Assembly (NCBI GenBank): GCA_007116685.1
Contig: SKIC01000178.1
Coordinates: forward strand, 1-41,167
DNA length: 41,167 nt
Source of the DNA: Balneolales bacterium
Lineage (GTDB): Bacteria; Bacteroidota; Rhodothermia; Balneolales; Natronogracilivirgulaceae
Direction of reading: 5' to 3'
Position 1 is the first letter of the stretch. Each line of letters begins with the position of its first letter. The position numbers and the translations under genes are program-made. The notes under the pieces are model-generated. The model was given only the letters and a program-made list of their open reading frames with translations, ran no database searches and was not told the origin of the DNA. Positions 28,034 to 37,755 of the stretch are shown here, piece by piece.

Positions 28034-29953
28034 TTAGAATGCTTGCCCTATACTAAAATGAAGCCCCCAGCGATCAAACCAATTTCCATAATCAACGCCT
28101 TCAAAGATTCTTAAATCTTCATCGGTTGGATTAATTTTATAGCCCATATCGATTCGAATAGGCCCAACGGGTGAATTGTAACGAAAACCACCTCCAACAG
28201 AATACTGCAAATCAGAAATATCGTACTCTGGAATTCGCTGCCAAACCTGCCCCCCATCAAAAAATACAGACATCCCGAAATTATTAATCAAAAATCCTAA
28301 ATCTTGTCGGATTTCCGTGTTGAAAATAAGATTTGCACGACCACCCAAAGGTAAAAAACGCTCGAATTCGCCATCATCGTTAAAAGCCGGACGTTTAGGA
28401 CCTAGCATTCTACGTTGCCAACCCCGCACATTCCCTGTACCCCCGGCATAGTATCTGATATTGGATGGCAATTCGAGTAAATCATCGGAATAAAGTAAAC
28501 CCGTTTCTGTTCGTAAAGCCAATTGCGTTGAGCTTCCAAGGTCTATAAATCGCCTCACATCCACAGAAAACCGCTGATATTTAAGAGTACCGGTTCCAAA
28601 GAATCCGGAAATTTCTGAGAATGGACGGATTACCCAATTTTGACCACGTTCGGCAAATGGCTGTCCATAATAACCGAAAATCTGAATGGCGGAAATGTCG
28701 TAACGGAATTCGGGATCCAATTCTACATCCGGGCTTACCAATTCCTCATCATTTCTGGTAAACTCGTATGAAATTGTACCAGCCAAATCCTGAGAATACT
28801 GGTATAGAAAGCTGTTATTCACCCCATATCTTTGCAAAACGAAGTTGGATTCGTTTAAGCGCTGAACAAAAGGAGAAATTGCAAAACTACTGTATGTATT
28901 GAAAACATAGGGGAAACGGTAGTCAAGGTTTACACCCTGCTCCAAGAATGATAATCGCGTTCTTGCTCTGAATGAGTGTGTTGTACCCCATGGATTTCTA
29001 TGTTGCCACGATACGCTCGTTCTAACTATTTCTTCAAGACCTACACCAAATTGAACCTGCAAACTTCTGAGCGCATGCTCACGCACTCTGATGTCTAAGG
29101 TTACCAAGCTATCTCTTTCCTGCTCGGGTACCGAGATGGTTACAAATCGATACAAATGATGACCAAATATTTGCTGCTGAGCATTTCTGATGCTTCTCTG
29201 TGAGTATTGATCACCAATTCTCAAAGCAGATTCTCTAATCAATTGCTCTTCTGTGGCTGTTTCCAATCCACTAATTCTAAATTCATGGAAAAAGCCTATG
29301 GGACCGGAGTCGATTTCTATGTGGACGTGAGCAGTGTTTTGTAATGAATCCATCTCTGCATCAACACTAACACGCGGAAATGGATAACCCATATTATTCA
29401 AAACATTCAGAAACTCACCTTCCACATCACTGTGGCGAATTCGCTCGTATCGTCTTCCTTCACGTAATTGATGACGCTCGCTCAATCGTTGGAAACTTCT
29501 TGCCTCTCGGAGTACCTCTTCCGGATCGCCATCTTCAATGAAGTGAAAAGTTACTTCATCAATTATGGTTGGCTCTCCTTCATTAATATGGAATATCACT
29601 CTCTTTTGCCAATCTTTACGCCTGTCAATAATCTCATACCGTACTTGAACGAATGGAAACCCCCGCCTTTGATAAAACCTCTCCAGACGAATTACATCTC
29701 TGCGTAGTTCATTTTCGACCAATTCATATCCGGTTCTGTCCCAAAATTTTCGTCGCTGAAAAAAGTTTGGCGATTCTGCAGCAATTTGATTGAGCAATAG
29801 TTGATTGGCAAACGTATCATTCCCTTCTATCGACAAGAACCAAATTTGTGGCTCAATTTCATTGTCGTCATCATCATTGAAAGCCAAAGCAAACTCTGTA
29901 AAAAGCCCGAAAAATAACCCCGTAAATAAAAAAATTTTGAATTTGCGTGACAC
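28034..29953 (-). CDS. tamA: BamA/TamA-family outer-membrane protein assembly factor (POTRA domains plus surface-antigen beta-barrel)
   Basis: 639 aa with a signal peptide. The C-terminal barrel carries YYAGGTGNVRGW and a terminal aromatic-rich strand ending GLHFSIGQAF. It is paired with tamB. Confidence 0.8.
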   Translation of the reverse strand: MSRKFKIFLFTGLFFGLFTEFALAFNDDDDNEIEPQIWFLSIEGNDTFANQLLLNQIAAESPNFFQRRKFWDRTGYELVENELRRDVIRLERFYQRRGFPFVQVRYEIIDRRKDWQKRVIFHINEGEPTIIDEVTFHFIEDGDPEEVLREARSFQRLSERHQLREGRRYERIRHSDVEGEFLNVLNNMGYPFPRVSVDAEMDSLQNTAHVHIEIDSGPIGFFHEFRISGLETATEEQLIRESALRIGDQYSQRSIRNAQQQIFGHHLYRFVTISVPEQERDSLVTLDIRVREHALRSLQVQFGVGLEEIVRTSVSWQHRNPWGTTHSFRARTRLSFLEQGVNLDYRFPYVFNTYSSFAISPFVQRLNESNFVLQRYGVNNSFLYQYSQDLAGTISYEFTRNDEELVSPDVELDPEFRYDISAIQIFGYYGQPFAERGQNWVIRPFSEISGFFGTGTLKYQRFSVDVRRFIDLGSSTQLALRTETGLLYSDDLLELPSNIRYYAGGTGNVRGWQRRMLGPKRPAFNDDGEFERFLPLGGRANLIFNTEIRQDLGFLINNFGMSVFFDGGQVWQRIPEYDISDLQYSVGGGFRYNSPVGPIRIDMGYKINPTDEDLRIFEGVDYGNWFDRWGLHFSIGQAF

Positions 29954-30039
29954 TAAAATAGATTACTCTGTCTGAAATTTCGTACGAACTGAATATACGC
30001 AAATAGTCTTTCTTTATTATAAAAGCATACTAAAACACA

Positions 30040-31332
30040 ATGATTGCAAGTCAAAATACCTTTATAAAAATACCTACTATCATACTATTCACTTTGACTG
30101 TTATACTTTTTGTCTTTGCGTCTTGTGCACAACTTGATGAAAGTATAATCCCTTATGACCCGCCCGGCGCCACAACCGAAACCAGAGAAACCATTCCTCA
30201 GCATAAACGCATCATTGGAGCTGGTTCTCCGAAAGTATTTATTCATAACAATTTCGACGGTGCTCGTTTCAATGACTTTTATCACATAGCAGGTGACACT
30301 TTTGCCGTTGTCATTGCCCCAGAAAATGCCCCAATCAACAATTCAGCATGGTACGCCTTTCATATAACCACGGAGGAAGCCCGGCAAATAACCCTTCGGT
30401 TTAAGACCGAAAATGGAAGGCATCGCTATCATCCGAAATTGCGGTTTCATCCTGAGGGAGAATGGGTTAAAGCAGACTCTTCTGCTTATCGTCCCGGTCC
30501 AAGCCAAAATACTGCTGAACTCGATCTTTTTTTGGATGAAGCCGGTATAACCGTATCAGCGCAGGAATTGATAAATGTTGCCGAAATGACCGAATGGATT
30601 TCTTATTGGGATTCTTACTCTTACTTACAAACCGGTACTGTTGGCTATAGCCACGAAGGCCGGCCTGTTCCCTATTTTTATCTATCCGAAAGCCCTGATA
30701 ATGAGCATCTGATTTTCATTTTCGGGCGGCAACATCCACCTGAAGTTCCCGGCACTTTAGCCATGAAAGCATTCATTGAACGTATGTTAGAGGATGATCA
30801 TCTTGCCAGAAATTTCAGGAGTGTAGCTACTGTTATAGGATTTCCTTTGATGAACCCCGATGGTGTCTATCATGGCCATTGGCGACATAATGCCGGAGGC
30901 GTGGATTTAAACCGAGACTGGCGCGATTTTCATCAACCTGAAACCCGTGCTGTGCGGGATCATATTTTGGATGTAATGGAAAACCCCGACGCTCGCATTT
31001 ATTACGGGCTGGATTTTCATTCTACATCCTATGATGTTTTCTTTAGCGTTGATCGCTCCCTGCCATCCTGGCCGGAAAACTTCGCCGACAATTGGCTTGA
31101 TGGCATCCGTCTACGACTCCCTGATTACGAATTACGGGATGATCCTTTTGGCGTAGCGCCGCCTATCGTTAAAAATTGGCTTTATAACACTTTTCAAGCA
31201 GGCGGGGTAACCTACGAAGTTGGCGATACTACCGACAGAGATTTACTTAAAGCCGTAGCCCGTGCCGCAGCCGCAAGTTTGATGGAAGAAGTTCTGGAAG
31301 TGTATAAGAATGAATTTGGCGGGGAGTTTTGA
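30040..31332 (+). CDS. M14-family zinc carboxypeptidase
   Basis: 430 aa. The HxxE zinc motif is in GRQHPPEVPG, followed by NPDG, DLNRDW and a later DFHS His ligand. Confidence 0.8.
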   Translation: MIASQNTFIKIPTIILFTLTVILFVFASCAQLDESIIPYDPPGATTETRETIPQHKRIIGAGSPKVFIHNNFDGARFNDFYHIAGDTFAVVIAPENAPINNSAWYAFHITTEEARQITLRFKTENGRHRYHPKLRFHPEGEWVKADSSAYRPGPSQNTAELDLFLDEAGITVSAQELINVAEMTEWISYWDSYSYLQTGTVGYSHEGRPVPYFYLSESPDNEHLIFIFGRQHPPEVPGTLAMKAFIERMLEDDHLARNFRSVATVIGFPLMNPDGVYHGHWRHNAGGVDLNRDWRDFHQPETRAVRDHILDVMENPDARIYYGLDFHSTSYDVFFSVDRSLPSWPENFADNWLDGIRLRLPDYELRDDPFGVAPPIVKNWLYNTFQAGGVTYEVGDTTDRDLLKAVARAAAASLMEEVLEVYKNEFGGEF

Positions 31333-31386
31333 ATCAGATAAGATGCAACATTAAATAACAAGCATTCATTTTTACCTCACCCTAAA

Positions 31387-31412
31387 TCCCTCTCCAAAGG
31401 AGAGGGACTTTT
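31387..31412 (+). terminator. Intrinsic terminator downstream of the M14 gene
   Basis: tccctctcc-aaa-ggagaggga is followed by cttttcatatttt. Confidence 0.7.
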
Positions 31413-31462
31413 CATATTTTGCTTTTTAAAGCAACTGCTAATATTGCTCTAATACCTGCATT

Positions 31463-31852
31463 ATGAATACCAAAATTATAATGGCTGTCGAGAAAACAGA
31501 CACGGGGTTTTCTGCCTACGCGACAGATCATCCCGTTTTTACGACAGGAAAGTCCGTTCCTGAATTAATAAATAATGCATACGAGGCCACTGTGTTTTAT
31601 TTTGAAGAGGAACAAATGAATGTAAATCCAAACGATATTCAATTTGAAATTGACTTTAAGCAGTTCTTCAAATTTTACAGAGTAATAAGTGCAAAGTTTC
31701 TGGCAGAGAAAATCGGAATGAACCCCACTTTGCTTTCGCAATATGTTTCCGGAACAAAAAAACCTTCCCCGAAGCTAACTGAGAAAATACTCACTGGAAT
31801 TCACCTAATCGGACAAGAATTATCCGATATTAATTTATTACATACAACATAG
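31463..31852 (+). CDS. HicB-like antitoxin domain fused to an XRE-type helix-turn-helix domain
   Basis: 129 aa. The N-terminal HicB-like fold signature is IIMAVEKTDTGFSAYATDHPVFTTGKSVPELINNAYEA. The C-terminal HTH is ISAKFLAEKIGMNPTLLSQYVSGTKKPS. Confidence 0.65.
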   Translation: MNTKIIMAVEKTDTGFSAYATDHPVFTTGKSVPELINNAYEATVFYFEEEQMNVNPNDIQFEIDFKQFFKFYRVISAKFLAEKIGMNPTLLSQYVSGTKKPSPKLTEKILTGIHLIGQELSDINLLHTT

Positions 31853-31864
31853 TTGTGGCACAAT

Positions 31865-33271
31865 TCACGTCGGTCGAGCCCAATTCAACAGATAATTGCT
31901 GTCGGATATTTCCAGATTATCAACCGGTAAGGTTCTGCCACCTTTTCCGGAAGCCACTGTAGCACGAAAGCTTCCCAGTTTCCTTCGTCGCTGGAACCAA
32001 TTTGCAGAAACGCTGGCAGCTTGTACGCGATGTTTTCGGGTAATGGCTCTGGTTCTGGCCAAATTTCGGAATTGAAGCACCAAATGATCACCAACCGTTT
32101 TTGCTTCGGTATCTTTGTATCTCAAAAGTGCTAATAATAATGCCGGAACGTAAAAAAGTGCGATAGCGGTGAGATTATCCCAAAATGCTAGATAAACCAG
32201 ACCAAAAACTATTGTTAACGGGATAAACAGCCGAAGTACAAATCTGGGAATAGATCGTACCGGAGCCTTTGCTACTTCGCCTTCCGGTTCTGAAAATTCA
32301 GGCAATAAATCTTCCAAAATATCCGGTATTTCTGATTTTTTAATCAATGGCATTAGTACGGTAGATTCTCCGCCTTCATCACCATATCCAGCACTTTCCA
32401 CGTATAGTGCAGCGTAACCAAAAGGCTGACGAAAGATTCCTTCCACACTTCTCACCGCCTGAATGCGATCAAATGGAACTGTGATATTTTTTCGTTCTAT
32501 CAAGCCACGAGTTATGACCAAATCATCCTTCCGCTTACGAACACTGAATTTAGAATAACGTAAAAGAGTGCCAAGCAAAGACAAAACCCAGGCAAATAGA
32601 AATGCGGCTACCAAAATTATTATCCAGGTGCCTGCCGTAGTTTGTGCAACGGCGCCTTCTAAATATTGGGCTACCATTTCATCATCAACAAATTGATCCA
32701 ACTGGGATAACACATAACCCACGATAGAGAAAGCCACACCAAAGGAACTTGCTGTAGTAGCAGCAATAAGTAAACGACGAGTGCTCAAAGCGTAAATTTT
32801 TTCCGGGCTGGCTGTTTCTTCCACCTCCGCTAATTCCTGATCTTCGAGCAATAGTTTTTTTAGTTCTTTGGCTTCCTGTAGCGTAACTGCCGATAACCGC
32901 GCCTGACTGGATGAGCTTCCAGCAGTCTGAACCTGCACTTGTACCAGTCCAAACATTCGCTGAATCAATCCAGAAGAAATATCTATAACCTGAATCCGCT
33001 CTTTGGGGATGAATAACTTCTTTTTAACAAAAATTCCGTGCGTTATTCGGAGTTCGTCTTCTTCAATCCAGAAATGAAATCGCATCCAGCCCAAAACTCC
33101 ACTTATCCCCAAAACACTGAGTAAGACTAATAGGGTTGAGGGTTCAAGTAACCGTGAGTTGCCGCCACCTCCTAAGATAAGTACGATAATAATCGGCACG
33201 AGTAGTTCCCGCAGAGTACGCAACACATTCGTGACGGAGGCTACGGGATGTTGTCTTCTTGGTTCAAACAT
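31865..33271 (-). CDS. YdbT-like membrane protein with repeated bacterial PH (bPH_2) domains
   Basis: 468 aa. TM hairpins alternate with PH-like segments (WIEEDELRITHGIFVKKKLFIPKERIQVIDI; DDLVITRGLIERKNITVPFDRIQAV). There is an 8-nt overlap with the upstream YdbS-like gene. Confidence 0.75.
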   Translation of the reverse strand: MFEPRRQHPVASVTNVLRTLRELLVPIIIVLILGGGGNSRLLEPSTLLVLLSVLGISGVLGWMRFHFWIEEDELRITHGIFVKKKLFIPKERIQVIDISSGLIQRMFGLVQVQVQTAGSSSSQARLSAVTLQEAKELKKLLLEDQELAEVEETASPEKIYALSTRRLLIAATTASSFGVAFSIVGYVLSQLDQFVDDEMVAQYLEGAVAQTTAGTWIIILVAAFLFAWVLSLLGTLLRYSKFSVRKRKDDLVITRGLIERKNITVPFDRIQAVRSVEGIFRQPFGYAALYVESAGYGDEGGESTVLMPLIKKSEIPDILEDLLPEFSEPEGEVAKAPVRSIPRFVLRLFIPLTIVFGLVYLAFWDNLTAIALFYVPALLLALLRYKDTEAKTVGDHLVLQFRNLARTRAITRKHRVQAASVSANWFQRRRKLGSFRATVASGKGGRTLPVDNLEISDSNYLLNWARPT

Positions 33272-33794
33272 CCTGACGCGCTTTTCTGGCCAGGATTGAA
33301 ATTTTTTCTCTCACTAAATCTGCAATGTCTTCAGAAAGTGCTGGAATTTCGTGCGTGGTAGCAGCAGAGGAAATCGTAACGGAAGCCAAATCATAGGAGC
33401 GGTAAAGTGGTCCCTGGCGTGTATCGACATGCTGCACGCGATTTATCGGGATTAGCGTATTTACCTTAATAAAAATACCTCTGCGTAATTCGATTTCGTC
33501 ATCTGTAATTCGATAACTCCAATGCTTCCACCGGATATAAGGCAAAAAAGTGGACTGAGATATTGAGTTAATTAATACAACTACAGCCAAGGCGAAGGGA
33601 ATCCACTCCGGAAAATCTCTACCCATTCCATATAGAGAAATCCCGAAAGGAAGTAGCCACCAAATCAATGAGCCAAATCCACCACCAACCCGCCAGGCCG
33701 GTATAGCATACTTGTCTATTTTTTGGAATTCATCAAACGAAACTGTTTGGGTAGTTTCTTGCCCTGTGTTTATTTCCTGAGGTTGTTCTTCCAT
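33264..33794 (-). CDS. YdbS-like membrane protein with a single bacterial PH (bPH_2) domain
   Basis: 176 aa with two TM helices followed by YRITDDEIELRRGIFIKVNTLIPINRVQHVD. Confidence 0.75.
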   Translation of the reverse strand: MEEQPQEINTGQETTQTVSFDEFQKIDKYAIPAWRVGGGFGSLIWWLLPFGISLYGMGRDFPEWIPFALAVVVLINSISQSTFLPYIRWKHWSYRITDDEIELRRGIFIKVNTLIPINRVQHVDTRQGPLYRSYDLASVTISSAATTHEIPALSEDIADLVREKISILARKARQDV

Positions 33795-34387
33795 TCGCCT
33801 TTGTACATCATATAATTTGCAGTTTGCTCTGCCAGTTCGTCTCCGGCTTCACGCTGAATATAATAAAGTGACACATCAATACCGGCAGAAACACCCTCCG
33901 CACATAGAATATTCCCATTATCACAAAAGCGCTTGTTAACTACTTTAGTTTTAGGAGCAATTTCCTTTAATTCTGATAGATTTTCGTGATGTGTGGTGGC
34001 AAATTTATCATCCAAAAAACTCAATTTGCCGGCAAGTAACGATCCTGTACAGACCGTAATTATTTCGGGAATTTGAGTGATAAAACTCTTCAATTTTAGT
34101 AAGAGATTCTCATTAGCCAGTAGGTTCCGTATCCCTTTGCCTCCAGGAATTATGAGCACATCAGGTCTTGGGGAACTACTTAATTCATAGTCTGAAATAA
34201 TATTCAAACCAAAGCGGGCTGTTAGCTTTTTTTCTGAGGTAGAAATCAGTTTCACATCCCAAAGTTTGTTCCCTGAAATTTCATCTGCAGCAGCAAATAC
34301 TTCCATGGGACCCGCAAAGTCGAGTATTTCTACCTGCTCAAATACAAGTATTCCTACTATTTTATTTTCTATCTTGGATGCAACCAT
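33770..34387 (-). CDS. DJ-1/PfpI-family protein (class I glutamine amidotransferase-like fold)
   Basis: 205 aa with DVLIIPGG and the nucleophile-elbow Cys in ITVCTGSLLAG, plus AEGVSAGIDVSL. Confidence 0.85.
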   Translation of the reverse strand: MVASKIENKIVGILVFEQVEILDFAGPMEVFAAADEISGNKLWDVKLISTSEKKLTARFGLNIISDYELSSSPRPDVLIIPGGKGIRNLLANENLLLKLKSFITQIPEIITVCTGSLLAGKLSFLDDKFATTHHENLSELKEIAPKTKVVNKRFCDNGNILCAEGVSAGIDVSLYYIQREAGDELAEQTANYMMYKGEWKNNLRK

Positions 34388-34397
34388 AGATATTGTA

Positions 34398-35009
34398 ATG
34401 CTACCTTCTGATTTTGAACATAAATCTTATCATTTCACTCTTCGGGATGGCACGGAAGTAATACTTCGTAAAGTAACACCTGAAGATAAGAAACGCATTC
34501 AGGAAGGTTTCCAGCAATTTTCGCCTCGCTCCAGATATATGCGTTTTTTTAGCCACATCAGGCAACTTACCAAAAGCCAATTAGCCTACCTCACGGAAAT
34601 CGATTATAGAACTCACATGGCCTGGGGACTGGTTCGTAAGTCTGATCCTGATTCAGGAATTGCCATTGCAAGAATGGTCATGCTGCCAGAAAACGAGAAA
34701 ATGGCTGAAATAGCTATTTCAGTAATTGATACGAAACATAGCATGGGCGCCGGTATGATTTTAATGGCTGCATTAAATTACTCTGCTATTGCCCGAAACA
34801 TCACAACATTTCGATCCTATATTCTTCTCGAGAATAAAACGCTGGTAGAATCAATGAAGAAAATAAACAGCGTTTTCTCGTACAAAGAAAAGGGAGTTTT
34901 CGAAGTGGAAACTCCCGTATTGAGTCACGAAAGTGATTTTCCTGATTCTAACACCGGCCGCATTTTGAAGCAACAGATGTTAGAATTTTATCATCAAGCC
35001 ATACTTTAA
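34398..35009 (+). CDS. GNAT-family N-acetyltransferase (Pat C-terminal-domain type)
   Basis: I chose the start at ATG 34398 (MLPSDFEH...) because the ORF-track start at 34266 overlaps the DJ-1 gene antisense. The motif LRKVTPEDKKRIQEGFQQFSPRSRYMRFF...LTEIDYRTHMAWGLV is typical of this GNAT subgroup. Confidence 0.7.
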   Translation: MLPSDFEHKSYHFTLRDGTEVILRKVTPEDKKRIQEGFQQFSPRSRYMRFFSHIRQLTKSQLAYLTEIDYRTHMAWGLVRKSDPDSGIAIARMVMLPENEKMAEIAISVIDTKHSMGAGMILMAALNYSAIARNITTFRSYILLENKTLVESMKKINSVFSYKEKGVFEVETPVLSHESDFPDSNTGRILKQQMLEFYHQAIL

Positions 35010-35016
35010 AAATTTA

Positions 35017-35838
35017 TTAGTTCTTTTTGAACAAATGCACATCGCGCTGTGGGAATGGGATGCTGATTCCCTCTTTATCAAATCGTTGCTTAACAGCTTT
35101 GATTAAAGCCAATCTGGTTGGCCACCAATCTTTTGTTTTAACCCAAGGGCGTGCAATTAAATCAACAGAACTATCACCTAAATTTGAAACAGCTATCAAA
35201 GCTTCCGGCTCAGGAAGAATTCTTTCATCGTTGGAAATTTCATCTTTAATAAGACTGATTGCTTTATCTATGTCATCAGAATAACTGATTCCAAATTCCA
35301 AATCTAATCTGCGAGTTTCATTAACAGAGAAATTTCGGATATCACTTCCCCAAACTTTTGAGTTGGTCCATACCATATAGATATTGTCCGGAGTATGAAA
35401 TTCAGTAGTGAAAATCCCTATTTCATCTACTATTGCGAACGTACCGTTGATATTAATAAAATCCCCAACTTTAAAAGGGCGGAATGTTAACAACATTACT
35501 CCTGATGCTACATTACTTAATGTGCCTTGCAGAGCCAAACCTACAGCAAGACCGGCAGCACCGAGGATGGCAATTAAACTTGCCATTTGTACACCAAACT
35601 TATCTAAAACAGCAATAATTGTGATAATCATGATTAAAACTGTAACAAGCTTAGACATGATTGGCACTATGGTATCATCCACATTTTCGGCGTTTTTGCC
35701 GAGCTTCATAATTCGTCGGCCAGCCCACTTAGCAACAATCCAACCGGCAAGTAAAATGATGATTGCCGTTATAAGGTTTAAGGCGTAAGGAATAGTTAAT
35801 TCAATAATCCTCAATGGGTCTTCCAATAATTCTTCCAT
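35017..35838 (-). CDS. MscS-family mechanosensitive ion channel
   Basis: 273 aa with three N-terminal TM helices. The pore helix is GAAGLAVGLALQGTLSNVASGVMLL, followed by the beta-domain FKVGDFININGTFAIVDEIGIFTT. Confidence 0.9.
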   Translation of the reverse strand: MEELLEDPLRIIELTIPYALNLITAIIILLAGWIVAKWAGRRIMKLGKNAENVDDTIVPIMSKLVTVLIMIITIIAVLDKFGVQMASLIAILGAAGLAVGLALQGTLSNVASGVMLLTFRPFKVGDFININGTFAIVDEIGIFTTEFHTPDNIYMVWTNSKVWGSDIRNFSVNETRRLDLEFGISYSDDIDKAISLIKDEISNDERILPEPEALIAVSNLGDSSVDLIARPWVKTKDWWPTRLALIKAVKQRFDKEGISIPFPQRDVHLFKKN

Positions 35839-35892
35839 GTCACATAATTTTGTAATTCTTTATAACGCTTTAAGGTACTTTGTTTTTTAGGC

Positions 35893-35919
35893 AAAAAAAA
35901 AGCCGGCTGTACCGGCTTT
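35893..35919 (-). terminator. Intrinsic terminator downstream of dps
   Basis: agccgg-ctgta-ccggct is flanked by a 9-A run on the plus strand, which gives a T-tract after the hairpin on the minus strand. It lies 15 nt past the stop at 35934. Confidence 0.85.
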
Positions 35920-35933
35920 CAAAAAAGTTTTAA

Positions 35934-36428
35934 TTATCCAAGATGACTTCTAAGCATCCATGCTGCTTTTGAATGCACCTGCAGACGCTGAGTGGCTAAA
36001 TCGAGCGTAGCTTCATCATCAGCAGAGTCACAAACTGGTATTAATTTCCTTGCTGTTTGAATAGTTTTTTCGTGTGCTTCTACCAAATTTTTAATCATAT
36101 CCTCTGCGGAGGGTATAGATGTATCTTCATTAACATTACTCAACTCAGCAAACTGCTTAAAAGTACCAGGTGCATAATGACCTATCGTACGTATTCTCTC
36201 TGCTATTTCATCAACAGCTTCTGCTAATTCAGTGTAATGCTCTTCAAACATCTCGTGTAAAGAATGAAAATGCATCCCTGTAACATTCCAATGATAATTT
36301 TGGCTTTTTAGATATAACATATAAGAATCAGCTAGTAAATGAGACAGACCCTGTGCTATTGCTTCTCTATCTGAATCGCTGATGCCAATATTCAAATCAA
36401 TTTTATCATTGCGTGCAATGGTATCCAT
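35934..36428 (-). CDS. dps: Dps-family DNA protection during starvation protein (ferritin-like)
   Basis: 164 aa. YHWNVTGMHFHSLHEMFEEHYTELAEAVDEIAERI contains the Dps ferroxidase-site residues. Confidence 0.9.
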   Translation of the reverse strand: MDTIARNDKIDLNIGISDSDREAIAQGLSHLLADSYMLYLKSQNYHWNVTGMHFHSLHEMFEEHYTELAEAVDEIAERIRTIGHYAPGTFKQFAELSNVNEDTSIPSAEDMIKNLVEAHEKTIQTARKLIPVCDSADDEATLDLATQRLQVHSKAAWMLRSHLG

Positions 36429-36509
36429 AATTTTTTCTCCGTTTGGTTATTAGTTTCATTTATATAACAGGGAGAAAATGAATGGCGTTTCATAAAACCG
36501 ATATTGACA

Positions 36510-37211
36510 TCAGCTTTTTAGTTCAAATTTGAGATCTTTTGGCAAATCTGATAAAAAGGTCACTCGTTCTCCGGTAGCCGGGTGATCAAATGTTAATTCA
36601 GCAGCGTGTAAAGCTTGGCGGTCTAAATTGCTGTTAAATTTTTCTTTGGAACTATAATGCCTATCTCCAACCAAAGGATGACCAATTTCTGCAAATTGAA
36701 CTCGAATTTGGTTTTTCAATCCGGTATCTAAAAAGATTTTGACCAGACTTTTTTCTTCACCGGGCTGTAGAACTACATAACGTAAACGGGCTTGGGTACC
36801 CTCTTCATCACTAGCAGGAACAACAATATTTCGGAACCCCTGCTTTACTCTTTTCATGTGATGCTTCAAAATATCCTCTTTCTTAGTCGGACAACCCCGG
36901 ACAATAGCTAAGTAAACTCTATCAGGCGTATGGTTCCTGAATTGCATCATTAGATTTCGATGTGCTTTTCTATTTCGTGCAAAAACCACAATGCCACTGG
37001 TATAACGGTCTATTCTGTGCGCTGCCTGAATTTCTGAGTTTTGAGGATCTAATTGTTTGTTCAGTAAATATTCCAAATTTACCGCTTTAATTCGCGGAAT
37101 TGGTACTGTAAGTAATCCTGCCGGTTTATCAACTACAACAATTTCGTTGTCTTTATGAAGGATTTTGTATTTGGCCTTCTGAGGATTTTTGTAATGTTTT
37201 CGACTTCTCAT
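36510..37211 (-). CDS. RluA-family RNA pseudouridine synthase
   Basis: 233 aa. The catalytic motif is HRIDRYTSGIVVFA, with KxYLAIV-type (RVYLAIVRG) and GHPLVGD motifs. Confidence 0.85.
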   Translation of the reverse strand: MRSRKHYKNPQKAKYKILHKDNEIVVVDKPAGLLTVPIPRIKAVNLEYLLNKQLDPQNSEIQAAHRIDRYTSGIVVFARNRKAHRNLMMQFRNHTPDRVYLAIVRGCPTKKEDILKHHMKRVKQGFRNIVVPASDEEGTQARLRYVVLQPGEEKSLVKIFLDTGLKNQIRVQFAEIGHPLVGDRHYSSKEKFNSNLDRQALHAAELTFDHPATGERVTFLSDLPKDLKFELKS

Positions 37212-37753
37212 TCTGTAATTCCTGGGTGTTCTAACTGGTGAAGAAATTGTTTACTCTCGAGATCATCCGGGAATTTTGCGATACAATTCATCATAATGAT
37301 TTTGGCTTGATCTAGTTGATGCAGATGTACCATAATAGCAGCATAATTTTGCATGATGATTGGGGTCTCTCCACCATATTTAATGCTCAATTCTATTATT
37401 TCTTTCGCATCTTGATACTTTTTTTGCTGCACTAATGCATCAAATAATTCATTTAATATTCCGATGTGATCAGGCCAGTGTTTTAGTGCTTTTCTATACT
37501 CTTCTTCGGCTTGCGACCAATATCCCAAAAGAGCACATATCGATCCCATTATAAATTGAGAATATGCTAGATCGTCGTTTTTTGCCAACTCCTGTATTGC
37601 CAAAACTTCGTCTCCAATCATTCGGAGTTCTTTTGCCAAACTTGCGTAAGTTCTGTCTTTATTGGCAGATTCGGCTGTTTCCATCTCTTCTGAAAGATCT
37701 ACTACTTTTTCAGAGAGTTCCAAAAGTTGGTCTTTGATTGACTTATCAGCCAT
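37208..37753 (-). CDS. Tetratricopeptide-repeat protein of unknown function
   Basis: 181 aa and helical. TPR-like units include WSQAEEEYRKALKHWPDH and KKYQDAKEIIELSIKYG. Its stop overlaps the RluA start (ATGA at 37208-37211), and its start lies 2 nt after the PKD-protein stop. Confidence 0.6.
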   Translation of the reverse strand: MADKSIKDQLLELSEKVVDLSEEMETAESANKDRTYASLAKELRMIGDEVLAIQELAKNDDLAYSQFIMGSICALLGYWSQAEEEYRKALKHWPDHIGILNELFDALVQQKKYQDAKEIIELSIKYGGETPIIMQNYAAIMVHLHQLDQAKIIMMNCIAKFPDDLESKQFLHQLEHPGITE

Positions 37754-37755
37754 AA

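Noticed and set aside
34266-34397. The longer ORF-track start for the GNAT gene (247 aa).
   Set aside because: The extra 44 codons run antisense through the DJ-1 N-terminus and are low-complexity. The recognisable GNAT/Pat-type alignment begins just after the internal Met at 34398.
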